The position numbers were made by a program, and so were the translations under genes. The notes under the pieces were generated by a model. That model had not been told where the DNA came from and did no database searches. It saw only the letters and a program-made list of their open reading frames with translations. Of a stretch of 64,000 bases of DNA, positions 21,501 to 30,917 are shown in pieces (position 1 is the stretch's first letter; every line of letters starts with the position of its first letter). Source of the stretch: Candidatus Bathyarchaeia archaeon (GTDB lineage Archaea > Thermoproteota > Bathyarchaeia > Bathyarchaeales > Bathycorpusculaceae); contig JBEKHN010000001.1 in assembly GCA_050012255.1 (NCBI GenBank), positions 328,392 to 392,391 of the forward strand, in the 5' to 3' direction.

Positions 21501-23726
21501 GGGCTGCATCAGACAAACGCAGCCTATGTGTTCACAACAGAAGACTTGCCAGCACAGGTACCATGGTGGAACCAAGCATGGCCATATCGCAAGGCAATAA
21601 CGATCGACCACAACAAGGTCGCCGCAGACCTTGCAAGCGTACCAATACTCGTGGACACAACGGACAGCGATTTGATTGGAAAGACACAACCTGACGGCAA
21701 AGACATCGTCTTCACGGATGTCAATGGTACCAAACTCAATCATGAAATCGAGTCTTACGACAACAATACTGGGCATCTTGTTGCATGGGTGAACATACCT
21801 AATGTTTCCTCCACGGCAGACACGAAACTCTACATGTATTACGGCAACACTAGTGCCTCCAACCAACAGAACCCTGCCGCTGTTTGGGATTCTAACTTCA
21901 TGATGGTTCAGCATTTGAAAGAAAAAGGTCAAAATCGGTTTGATTCCACCGCTAACGCCAACAACGGAACATTCTACGGCGGGATCGCCAAAGGCGTCAG
22001 GATTGACGGCGCTGACACATTTGCCAACGCTACCAATTACATCGTCGTGCCTGACAGTCCAAGCTTGAACCCTTCATCAGCCATCACTATCGAACTGTGG
22101 ATGAACCTATCCTCAACAGGCAATTACATCAATATTGTTAACAAAGGCAACTACGCACAGTATTACCTGAGGCTGGGCCCTCAGGCAGGATATGCCTACT
22201 GGTACGTTAAGTTCAGCGATGGCACGGCGAAATCCATCGAGGGCAATATCGGCTGGGTATTTGGCGCTTGGCACTACCTAGTGGCTACGTTGGATACTCA
22301 GGCACAAACCATGACAGTTTACCTTGATGGCGTCCAAGAACTTACCGGCACCTTTGGTTCAGGAAAAACCATAGTGGCAACTAGCAACTCCATCATGATA
22401 AGTGACCTTGGTCAAAGACCTATAACTGGCGTTATCGACGAAGTCCGCATCTCAAACGTCGTTCGGTCAGCTGCATGGATACAGACAAGCTTCAACAACG
22501 AAAAAGGCCAATCAACATTTCTCACAATAGGAAGCGAAGAGCTCATTCCTCAAGCCCCACAAGTTTTCTCGCCAACACCTTCCTACAAGGCAACTAACGT
22601 GTTGCCCTCTCTGTCACAGCTCAGCTTCAACCTGACAGACTATCAGGGCAGCCTGATGAACTACACTGTCGCAAGCTATCCGGACATAACTAGCGGTCTC
22701 GTCAGCGGGCTGAATGTTAGCAGCGGCATGTACACCGTCAACGTTAGCGGCCTGCAATACTTCACAACCTACACGTGGACAGTCAACGTGACCGACGGAG
22801 TACACTGGACGAATATGACATTCTCATTTTCAACACTCCCAAGTGTACCACCAACTCAAGCTACACCGCTGCTGGTTCAAAGCGGAACAGGAGACCTAAC
22901 ATGCTACAACCAGACAACCTACGACCCCTACAGTAACGTAACAAACATCTATAACTGGTACAGAAACGGTACTTCCCTTACAAACCTGCTGCTTCCATTC
23001 GACACAAACAGCTCAACGACAGCTACGGACTACTCAGGATACAACAACAACGGCCAGATAATTGGAGGAGTGAGCTGGGTCAGCAACGGAAAAGTCGGCG
23101 GAGCCTACAATTTCAACAGAGGATTTATCCAAATTCCAGGCACGAGCACACTGGACGGCGGAGGTCAATGGTCAGAAATCACAGTGGAGGAATGGATATA
23201 CCTCACAGCATACGAGAACGAAACAAGAACCATAGCGAGAATACCCAGCTACGAAATAGGCATAAGCGGCAACACAATCTACGCTGGGATATGGGTGGTT
23301 ACTGGCAGCCCGATGCTGAGCGGCTACCATAGAGTTACCTACAACCAAACACTCCAGACAAACACGTGGTACCATGTGGCCTTCACATACAAGAGCGGTG
23401 CTAGCCTGACGCTTTACATAAACGGGATTCCAGTAGGCAATCAGACAGTATCAGGCAACATCCAACCAAGTGGCTCCAACCCTTTGTACATAGGCTGGTT
23501 CGACTACTTCAAAGGCAAGATCGACGAAGTTGCAATCTATCCAAGATGCCTAACGCCGCAGCAGATCAACCAAACCTACCTCGACACCAATAATGGCCTG
23601 AGCAACAGCTCGACGATAATGTCTTTGGAAACAAGAACGGGCGAAACATGGACGTGCGAGGTAATCCCCAACGACGGAAACCAGGATGGTATCGCAAAAT
23701 TCTCAAACCCCATCACCATAAGCTAG
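18501..23726 (+). CDS. 1741-aa secreted protein: DUF2341-LamG, FG-GAP propeller, DUF2341-LamG, LamG
   Basis: Signal peptide; WWN..W.YR/DIVF..HEIE..WV..YMYYGN twice; multiple DxDGDG repeats; IDEVRIS LamG ends. Confidence 0.92.
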   Translation: MRISRLHRRKSKGMLIMWILAAMVIVPLSILVQPTAAENWWNPGWNYRETVVVNHTQVNATLLSFPVLIDVVDANLVNKTQASGNDIVFVGSDNGTFNHEIEFYDGTVGHLVAWVRVPQLSSTQDTTFYMYYGNPSAQNQQNPNGVWDANFTMVQHLDETGVSRFDSTTNKNNGTAYGVSKGLGKIDGADVFNGVNSYLRVADAPSLDPSSTIMVELWMNLSSTNDYINLISKGSYDQFYLRLGSGYGSNSSGNAYWSVKFSDGNVSVIEGNVGWAWNMWHYVVATLDTNAQVMRIYVDGVLKLSGTFASGKSIAATSNPILISNPSSRQIKGIIEEIRVSNAARSNAYIQTSYMNQKSPSTFCAVGFPETNPIPPANILIYDANPANETTGTYTNPTLSIRAVDLNGGTMNITFVERVSGNWIDIGDYIGKDGVYSTISENVTSLGSTYYWGVYVTDGTNSTSNYYSFTTTTKILTQKWFVNSAWSGVSGALIADVNGDGTQEVIQAGQGGVVALNGTNGNVVWNVSDSGIGDHCQPAIANLDGDGDLETVVPLQSPAGVLVLYGNGSTYWRRTDLGGDMFSGPVVFDIDGSGHPTIFAASTDALSGLGLNGTGRITALSYNGTILRQTFAWRPCSGGLSIADVDGTGRFTLFMGDRYMYLNSSEYGDNDYGKGVSAYWATNLTLRWYRPEIFCSSQKPILADVNNDGKLEVVIGDMNGGAWVLNATDGSTINAIPGVPYVLPTHYQPSVYDIDGDGHLEMLMADPHDTASSDLVVLDLVTWKVKASIYIGKNFYGPQLADVDGDGHMEIIACNYGSILIIDRTYRVIDGIVGLSGGVISQGTPENIDGLAGLTGTLNYAVVQDIDGDGYNEVVVTSQSGTVYAFDTPARTPYPRPRTEVQFYSEYRRGAAEYVQPQTTQSPVISSLYPLNSATAVPVSTSQLSFTLTDYQRNLMNYTVTTYPNIGSSNVQNAGNGRCYLNVSNLQYSTMYAWTVNATDGLHQTNAAYVFTTEDLPAQVPWWNQAWPYRKAITIDHNKVAADLASVPILVDTTDSDLIGKTQPDGKDIVFTDVNGTKLNHEIESYDNNTGHLVAWVNIPNVSSTADTKLYMYYGNTSASNQQNPAAVWDSNFMMVQHLKEKGQNRFDSTANANNGTFYGGIAKGVRIDGADTFANATNYIVVPDSPSLNPSSAITIELWMNLSSTGNYINIVNKGNYAQYYLRLGPQAGYAYWYVKFSDGTAKSIEGNIGWVFGAWHYLVATLDTQAQTMTVYLDGVQELTGTFGSGKTIVATSNSIMISDLGQRPITGVIDEVRISNVVRSAAWIQTSFNNEKGQSTFLTIGSEELIPQAPQVFSPTPSYKATNVLPSLSQLSFNLTDYQGSLMNYTVASYPDITSGLVSGLNVSSGMYTVNVSGLQYFTTYTWTVNVTDGVHWTNMTFSFSTLPSVPPTQATPLLVQSGTGDLTCYNQTTYDPYSNVTNIYNWYRNGTSLTNLLLPFDTNSSTTATDYSGYNNNGQIIGGVSWVSNGKVGGAYNFNRGFIQIPGTSTLDGGGQWSEITVEEWIYLTAYENETRTIARIPSYEIGISGNTIYAGIWVVTGSPMLSGYHRVTYNQTLQTNTWYHVAFTYKSGASLTLYINGIPVGNQTVSGNIQPSGSNPLYIGWFDYFKGKIDEVAIYPRCLTPQQINQTYLDTNNGLSNSSTIMSLETRTGETWTCEVIPNDGNQDGIAKFSNPITIS

Positions 23727-23978
23727 AGCTAGCATTGAAACAGCATTCGATAAGCCCACTTGACTCCGCCCGCGCGCGCTGCACAAAATAAGTCAGGCGA
23801 TTATATCAGTGTAAGTTGAATAAACTTCATAGCTTCTTTTTCTGCTTTTGAAACAAGTTTGTCCAAGCAGTCAGTTTAGCATTCAAAGATATAGAAAATG
23901 GTATTTCTTAGAAAGTTATTCTACAAAACAAAAAAGATGGACAACGTTTTGTTCCTTTTGGCGTTTCAGACATTTCAT

Positions 23979-24974
23979 TCAATCACCTTTCAATGGAAAC
24001 ATGCTCTGATAGACGCCAAGCCTATCGTTGTCTATTGTTTGAACGCCGTTCCAAATGTTCCATGGAATATTGTTTTCTTCACATCGAAGCAGTAGTTGCC
24101 GAATTATCTGCCATGAAGGGTTATTCGGGTCGTAAGGAATGCTTAGGTCGGGACTGCATTCTCCAAACCATATCGAAATATTGTATTTGCTTCTCAAAGC
24201 GACTAATGGGTCAATAATATTGTGGCTGACCACTTCTGCGCCGTAAGTGATAACCCATTGAAGGTTGCCTAACCAAAGCCCCCAGTGTGATGTGTATACC
24301 ACATTAGGCAGCATCAGATTTTGAATGGTGTCGAAGCTTGGAATATAGCCAGGTGTTTCCCAGATGCATATTCTGTCGGGGTCTATATTTCGAATCGCCA
24401 GCGTAGTATTATAATAGCCTTGAGCGTTCGCTTGTCTAACAGCATCCGTTGAAGCGGGAGGTTCGTTGTCAATTTCAAACGCCGCCACATATGGGTTGCC
24501 TTTGTAGTGGGTTGCGAGTTGTTGCCAGCTTGGTATGAAGTTCGGGTCAGACATCTGAGAATAGGGCGTAGTTGTCAAACCGAAGTCGCCGTGATTGTCT
24601 AGAATGCTTTGGACTCCATTAGCTCCCAGAAAATCTACGATCTCGTCCATCTTGGCAAGGTCGAGAACGTCCGCTGTGGCATTAGACGTGTCCCACGGGA
24701 ACTTGAAGGCAAGTCGATAAGTGTTCAAGCCCATATACTTGATACGTGGAAGATAACGGCTCCAGCCTGTCATATAGTCGGTACTGCTATGCATCAAGTA
24801 ACTTCCACCAGCCCCACGCCACATAGCGCTCGCGTTGTACTTGATACTTCCACTCGTGCTGAGAGTTTCATTCCATGTTGACAAAGACCATGCCTGGGCG
24901 ACCAAGGCTACGAGGATAATTGAGCTGAAGAAGAGAATGTTGACTGCGAGTTCTGAGGGCTTTAGAGTCGTCAT
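23979..24974 (-). CDS. Glycoside hydrolase family 5-like, membrane-anchored
   Basis: GLNTYRL, ILDNH, EIDNEP acid/base, WFGEC nucleophile, WNIW. Confidence 0.85.
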   Translation of the reverse strand: MTTLKPSELAVNILFFSSIILVALVAQAWSLSTWNETLSTSGSIKYNASAMWRGAGGSYLMHSSTDYMTGWSRYLPRIKYMGLNTYRLAFKFPWDTSNATADVLDLAKMDEIVDFLGANGVQSILDNHGDFGLTTTPYSQMSDPNFIPSWQQLATHYKGNPYVAAFEIDNEPPASTDAVRQANAQGYYNTTLAIRNIDPDRICIWETPGYIPSFDTIQNLMLPNVVYTSHWGLWLGNLQWVITYGAEVVSHNIIDPLVALRSKYNISIWFGECSPDLSIPYDPNNPSWQIIRQLLLRCEENNIPWNIWNGVQTIDNDRLGVYQSMFPLKGD

Positions 24975-25222
24975 GCGAAGTCACAAGCGTGTCATAACTA
25001 CTACGATGTCAGATATCGGTCATAATAAACGTTCTTGTCGACAAGTTCTACAAAAATACACAACAACAGATGTCGTTAGGTGAGAACGCAGGTGTCATTC
25101 CATTGCACGGATCAGCCATGCCCCAAAAGAGACAGATTCCCTTGAAAGGCGTGTTTTGAACTCGGAAATGATTGCAGCACGCATAGAAAAATGGCAGCCA
25201 CAATCGCGCGGGAACAAGTCAA

Positions 25223-25498
25223 TCACAAATGATCTGTTAGCGGTGGTTCGGGTGCTAATTCTCTGGTCAGTCTCCACATGAGAAAACCGGCGGCACTTGC
25301 GATGAAAGACATGATCGTGAAGGTGTCCAGTCTCAACCCGGGTGTAAGATGAGACAGACTCCAAGGCAACCATTGCGGACGAACCAATGCCACCAGCACT
25401 CCGTAACCCCAGCCAAGAAACCCGTAGAGGCAAAGCAGTTCGCCAACAACTTTTACGGCCAGAATACTTTTGCCAACAACCCTTTTCATATCTAACAT
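25223..25498 (-). CDS. Small two-TM membrane protein (paralog of 3327-3581)
   Basis: KVVGE..LYGFLGWG.GVLVALVRPQWL.WSLSHLTP.LRLDTFTI. Confidence 0.75.
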   Translation of the reverse strand: MLDMKRVVGKSILAVKVVGELLCLYGFLGWGYGVLVALVRPQWLPWSLSHLTPGLRLDTFTIMSFIASAAGFLMWRLTRELAPEPPLTDHL

Positions 25499-25684
25499 TG
25501 CTTCCAGTTCTCAAATATAAGACTAATGCGCGGGCTTTCTGATTAGCGTACGCGCTTATTCGGAAGCTTCTACAAACTTATTAAAAGAGTATTACTGTTG
25601 TAGTTCGGGTTGTAGCGCGCTAGAGTTCGAGAAGCGAATGAAAGGGCAAAAAAGGCTAAAACCGCCTGCGAGCGTGTTAAGAGC

Positions 25685-26525
25685 ATGTCTTTCAACGATG
25701 TTGCACCCGTTTACGATGACGTATCAATCACGCCGAACTGGGTTTTCGAAAGACTCTACAAAGAGACTTTGGGAAGCAGGTTTCAGTCAGATCCCAAATA
25801 TGCCATACTAGAAGTGGGAATAGGAACGGGCAGAACAGTTGGCCCACTCTTGAGACTAGGCATCACTCTCGTAGGCATAGACGTTTCCAGAAAAATGCTT
25901 GAGAGACTCAAAGAAAAGCTTCGGAAAGAGAGGGTCAAGACCCAACCTAGTCTGGTGCTTTGTGATGCAACAAGACTCCCGTTCCGCAAGTGCTTGTTTG
26001 ACAGAGTCTACGCCGTGAACGTCCTGCCTTTCGTACGAAACTGCAAACGGGCAATAGAAGAAATCAAGTTCGCTCTGAAAACCAGGGGCCTCCTTGTCGT
26101 CGCTATCCACAGCCACCCAGAACTGCAAACCAAACTTGGGAAAACCTATGCGAGGGTTCTAACAGGCGCAGTCCACTCACGAAATGTTCCTGAGACGATA
26201 CTAATACGAATCATCGAATACCTGAGACTCACAAGCATAAAACCATCGAGTTCTTCTAGAAAACAGGCCCACTTCAGAAAACTGGAACCTGTGTTTGAAA
26301 CGCCAGTCAAAATCAAGACAGATCTACACGCTGTCCTGGAAGGAAAAAATCCCCGCCTCTACGATGGCAGATTGCCTGGAAAAACGATTTACTTCGATAC
26401 AAACCTACGTTTCTGCCAGAAAATACAGTGAACTCATGGCGAAATTAAACGAGTGGAGAAACGAAAACACGGGGAAGATAGTGCAGATCCCAAGAGAATT
26501 CTCCTACACGAAAGTCCAATTCTGA
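25685..26525 (+). pseudogene. Class I SAM methyltransferase, apparently frameshifted near 26240-26295
   Basis: ILEVGIGTGR, GIDVS, DATRLPF; a more plausible C-terminus lies in ORF 26295-26525 in another frame. Confidence 0.6.
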
Positions 26526-26749
26526 AAGACCACTTAAACATGGAGTTGAAATGGCCGAAAGCGTCCTCAACAACCTCAAACCTTAATTGGCGCGCTGCTA
26601 GACGATTTTACAAGAGCGAACCTGGAATCAAAGGCACGCTAACTCTAATTAAACTCACTAAAGCTAAAGCAAGACTTAATACTTTCGCTTGAATGCCTAG
26701 TTACCTTACGAAAAGGTCAGTATCAACGAACTTTTCGGAGTCGAACTCA

Positions 26750-28315
26750 GTGACAGAAGATCTGCTGCAACTCGCGGAAGATTCAACTCGGGGCAGTACC
26801 TTCCTAATCTACGGAAGTGCCATCTCAACAATAGTCATGGCAATCGGAACAATACTAATCTTAAGATTTCTCGGCCCGGACTTGTACGGTGAATACGCTC
26901 TCGCGCTCGTCGTTCCCACGCTCCTCTATTCCTTCACAGACCTGGGCCTGAACGAAGGAATAATCAAGTACGTCGCCAGCTTGCGAGCGAAAGGGGAAGA
27001 AGAGCGAGCGAAGAGGATAATCGGCCACGGACTAGCACTGAGAACAGTCATCGGTCTGGCCATCTTTGCCATAGACTTCTTTTTTGCTGACCTGTTTGCA
27101 ACTCTCATCAACAGACCAGGCCTAGGCTTCCTTATTCGAATAGCCTCTGTCTCAATAGTCTTCCAAGTAGTGTTTACTACCGCAGCTTCAGCTTCTGTCG
27201 GCTTAGACAGGGCAGAATACAACGCCACAATAACAGGCTTGAACGCGTTCGCGAAAACAGTGATTCAGGTTGCACTTGTCCTCCTAAGCTTCGGCGTTGC
27301 CGGCGCTCTGATCGGATACGTTGGCGGCTATGCAGTCGCCAGCCTCGTAGGCCTGGGCCTAATCCTCACCAAGATGCGTGCTTCAAACAAGTACAAAGGC
27401 ACAGATAAGTTCTTCAAGAATGCCAAGACTTTGGCAACCTATGGATTTCCACTCTATATATCGGTGCTCTTGACAAGCCTAAGCCCCCTCTACCAGAACC
27501 TCATAATCGCATACTACACGCCCACAAACGTCGACATAGGCAACCTCAGATCCGCAGCGAATTTCGTCACGCTAATAACAGTACTCACCATACCCATCAG
27601 CACAGCCCTGCTCGCATCCTTCTCCAAGCTTGACTCTTCAACCCACAAAAAGATCCAGGATTTCTTTAAAATCGCAAACAAGTACATGTGCCTCATAATA
27701 GTTCCCACAGCAACACTCATCATCGTCTTCTCAAAACAGATAGTTCAGATAGTGTATGGTTCCAGTTACCAGTCTGCACCTCTCTTTCTCTCTTTGAGCA
27801 GCCTGACCTACTTCCTTGTTGCCATCGGTTTCGGAGTCTTGGGCAGCCTGTTCAACGGTCTCGGAGAAACCAGAACCACCTTCAAAATGACCCTTATCGG
27901 TTTTCTGGTCTTCACAGTGTTGTCTCCTCTCATGATCAGACCTTGGGGCGTGCCAGGCATGTTAATTGCCTCTCTCATAAGCAGCACAGCATCAGCTTTA
28001 TACGCGACGGACGCTGCTCGAAGAAAATACAAAATCGAATTCAGCACAATCGCGATAATCAAGACTTACGTGATCTCCGCAATTGCCAGCGTTCCAGGAC
28101 TAGTCATCGTCTACATGACAGCACTTCCCAATGTCCTGAAACTTGCCGCCGGAGCACTGCTCTACCTCTTCGCCTACGCGACATTGCTTCCCTTGACTGG
28201 AACCGTGACTTCTTCCGAACTCCAGAAGGTCAAGGAGATTACCCAGAGGATAAGAATGCTGGGCTTCATAGCTAGGCCCTTGATCAAATACATGGAAAGA
28301 TTCAGTATGCAATAA
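26750..28315 (+). CDS. Oligosaccharide flippase (Wzx/MOP family)
   Basis: RFLGPDLYGEY, DLGLNEGIIKY, ~14 TMs; GTG 26750 likely start. Confidence 0.9.
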   Translation: MTEDLLQLAEDSTRGSTFLIYGSAISTIVMAIGTILILRFLGPDLYGEYALALVVPTLLYSFTDLGLNEGIIKYVASLRAKGEEERAKRIIGHGLALRTVIGLAIFAIDFFFADLFATLINRPGLGFLIRIASVSIVFQVVFTTAASASVGLDRAEYNATITGLNAFAKTVIQVALVLLSFGVAGALIGYVGGYAVASLVGLGLILTKMRASNKYKGTDKFFKNAKTLATYGFPLYISVLLTSLSPLYQNLIIAYYTPTNVDIGNLRSAANFVTLITVLTIPISTALLASFSKLDSSTHKKIQDFFKIANKYMCLIIVPTATLIIVFSKQIVQIVYGSSYQSAPLFLSLSSLTYFLVAIGFGVLGSLFNGLGETRTTFKMTLIGFLVFTVLSPLMIRPWGVPGMLIASLISSTASALYATDAARRKYKIEFSTIAIIKTYVISAIASVPGLVIVYMTALPNVLKLAAGALLYLFAYATLLPLTGTVTSSELQKVKEITQRIRMLGFIARPLIKYMERFSMQ

Positions 28316-28437
28316 CAGCCGCCCTTATTTACTTCACAAGTCAAATTAGGATCTGACGCAGATAGACCCTCAACACGGTTTTGCCGCGCGTTGGCATGGG
28401 TCTTTCCCATTAACCCCGGTAAACAGGAGAGAACCAT

Positions 28438-29838
28438 TTGCTACTCAACACGCTTGCTCGTTGCTATGAGCTTTCAAGAAATCAGTGGCTAAAAGAGACA
28501 GAACTCCAAAAACTTCAGGAGAAGAGGCTGAGGGCAATAGTCAAGCACGCGTACGAAAATGTTCCCCTCTTCAGAAGAAAATTCGATCGAGCCGGCCTTA
28601 AGCCCACGAGCGTCCAAGGCCTTGAAGACTTGACGAAGTTGCCCCTAACCACCAAACAGGAGATCAGAGCCGGAATCCCCCACGAGAGCATTTCGAAGAA
28701 ACAAGATTTCAACGAATACCTCTGCGTGTCTACGTCCGGAACCAGTGGCGGACCCATGCCTGTTTTCTACGATGACCGCTTCATGGAATACAGCGTTGCA
28801 AACTGGTATTTCCGGAAATACAACGCCATTGGAATTAAGCCATGGGAGAAGGTTATGCGCGTGGAGTACAGCATGCCAGAACCGACCGTTCTTCATGGGA
28901 AGAAAAAAGAAGAGAATCATGAGTTCAAGCCAAGATCGATTACCAGAACCGCGTTGGGCACCACTTCATACGGGCTATTGCAACGCCGACAGGCCACGGT
29001 TTACATCAAACACGGCGGAGAAGATGTACTGCCGCAAATAGTCAAATTCAAACCCAGCCTGCTCCGCGCCAACTCATCATACCTACGGCTAATCGCAGAA
29101 ACAATGGCAGACAGAGGGATTTCCCTGAATCCCAAAGCTGTCAGAACAAGCGGTGAAGTCACTGACGAGTCTGCTAGAGAATACTTAGAATCCGCATTCG
29201 GATGCAAAGTTTTTGATGAATACTCAACTTGGGACTCTGGACATGGTGCTTGGCAATGTAAAAAAAGAGAAGGGTACCACGTCGACGCAGACTTTCTCAT
29301 CATGGAGATTCTACGAAACGGCGAACCCGCAGCGCCTGGAGAACATGGAGAAATCGTCGTAACCGGCTTACTCAACTATGCAATGCCCCTGATTCGTTAT
29401 CGAGTCGGCGACGTAGGCATTATGGACGATGAGAAGTGCTCATGCGGAAGGGGGTTCCCACTTTTGAAGTCCATTGAAGGCAGAATTGTCGACTGTTTCA
29501 CGTTGCCTAATGGTACGTCGGTTCCGCCCAAGGTCTTAATGAACGTGGTTCAGGGCACACATGGCGTGTCCAAATATCAAGTTGTACAGGAGAGTCGAAA
29601 CAAGTTCACCGTTTGTCTCATGAGAAAAGAGAATGACCCAGATGTTTCGATCAAGGAGTTAACAGCTAATCTGCAAGAGGTCCTTGGACACGACGTGGAA
29701 ATCGAAGTCTTCGTTGGCGGCCGAGAAAACCTCAAAGCCAAATTTAGACCTGTGATATCAAAGCCCACGGTTGAGGACGAGCTTCGCTGGGCCAAACCTC
29801 ACGGCGCCCTAACCCAGCCGGAGCAAGAAACCCTATAG
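28438..29838 (+). CDS. Phenylacetate-CoA ligase family (CapK-like) adenylating enzyme
   Basis: STSGTSGGP, TSGE, MPLIRYRVGD, IEGR. Confidence 0.9.
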   Translation: MLLNTLARCYELSRNQWLKETELQKLQEKRLRAIVKHAYENVPLFRRKFDRAGLKPTSVQGLEDLTKLPLTTKQEIRAGIPHESISKKQDFNEYLCVSTSGTSGGPMPVFYDDRFMEYSVANWYFRKYNAIGIKPWEKVMRVEYSMPEPTVLHGKKKEENHEFKPRSITRTALGTTSYGLLQRRQATVYIKHGGEDVLPQIVKFKPSLLRANSSYLRLIAETMADRGISLNPKAVRTSGEVTDESAREYLESAFGCKVFDEYSTWDSGHGAWQCKKREGYHVDADFLIMEILRNGEPAAPGEHGEIVVTGLLNYAMPLIRYRVGDVGIMDDEKCSCGRGFPLLKSIEGRIVDCFTLPNGTSVPPKVLMNVVQGTHGVSKYQVVQESRNKFTVCLMRKENDPDVSIKELTANLQEVLGHDVEIEVFVGGRENLKAKFRPVISKPTVEDELRWAKPHGALTQPEQETL

Positions 29839-30295
29839 CGCACTTTGCGCGTGAACAAGAATTGGAATCAACCCTCACGCTCGAATGCGCTACCAAAAAG
29901 CTGGGCTATAGCTCACAGAATGCTGTCAAGGCGGGTCTCAACTTCGTGAATCGTACAAGGGCACCGATTTTCGCGCGTGCTAGAAAGGAAAAAACGAATT
30001 CATCCTAACTTCAGCGCGCGTGCCAAACCAATACTCAGATTCCAAGAACGAATACTTCAAACCACGACTAAAGCCAAAGCAACGTGAAATGCTGCGCGCG
30101 CTCATGAGTCATGAAATGCGCAGAGCAATGGAATTAGCGCACGTTTATCTGCGGCAGGATAAATCTTAAGTTCTTGGTCTGCACCAACATCGTCGTGTGG
30201 TTATGGACGCACCCGCGACGCGGTTACGGGTGCGCGCGCTCATGATCAGCAGGGAAATCTATCTCCCACACAAGCAGAGCCGGATCTGATCCTAC

Positions 30296-30730
30296 ATGCC
30301 CATTGAACGCAGTAAAATACATCAGTCAGTACGAATATGGCATCCTGAGCTAGTGAACATATACGATAGTGAAATTGGCGAAGACACCCGAATAGCCAGC
30401 TTCGTAGAGATAGGTGGAGCTAAGATAGGCTCACGTTGCAAGATCGAGGCGCATGTCTTCATTCCGCCTGGAACAGTTGTTGAAGATCAGGTGTTCATAG
30501 GTCCCAACTCAACCATCACTAACGACAAGCATCCTGACCTCTTGAAGTCTTGGGATGGCTGGGAAATAAAGCCTGTCACCATAAAGCGCGGAGCGGTGAT
30601 AGGCGCTAATGCTGTAATCGTTGCAGGCGTAACAATAGGAGAAGAGGCCAACATAGCTGCTGGAGCCATCGTGACAAAGGATGTTCCACCAAGGACCAAG
30701 GTCAAAGGAATCCCAGCACGCCCATACTGA
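30296..30730 (+). CDS. Hexapeptide-repeat N-acetyltransferase
   Basis: VFIGP..TND, IGANA, AGAIVTKDVPP..GIPAR. Confidence 0.9.
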   Translation: MPIERSKIHQSVRIWHPELVNIYDSEIGEDTRIASFVEIGGAKIGSRCKIEAHVFIPPGTVVEDQVFIGPNSTITNDKHPDLLKSWDGWEIKPVTIKRGAVIGANAVIVAGVTIGEEANIAAGAIVTKDVPPRTKVKGIPARPY

Positions 30731-30917
30731 GCACCCTTCAGATTACACGCGAAGACCAGAGAACAAAAGGTTTGGAGAAGGTTCTTGAGCTCTTACTACG
30801 ATTTCGCGCGCGCCAGAGAAAAAAAGAAATCCTCCTAACTTCAGAAACCAGTTGGGCCTCAACAGAAAAAGAAATATCCTGATCATAAGACTAACGTACA
30901 TAGAAGGCAAAGGGTTG

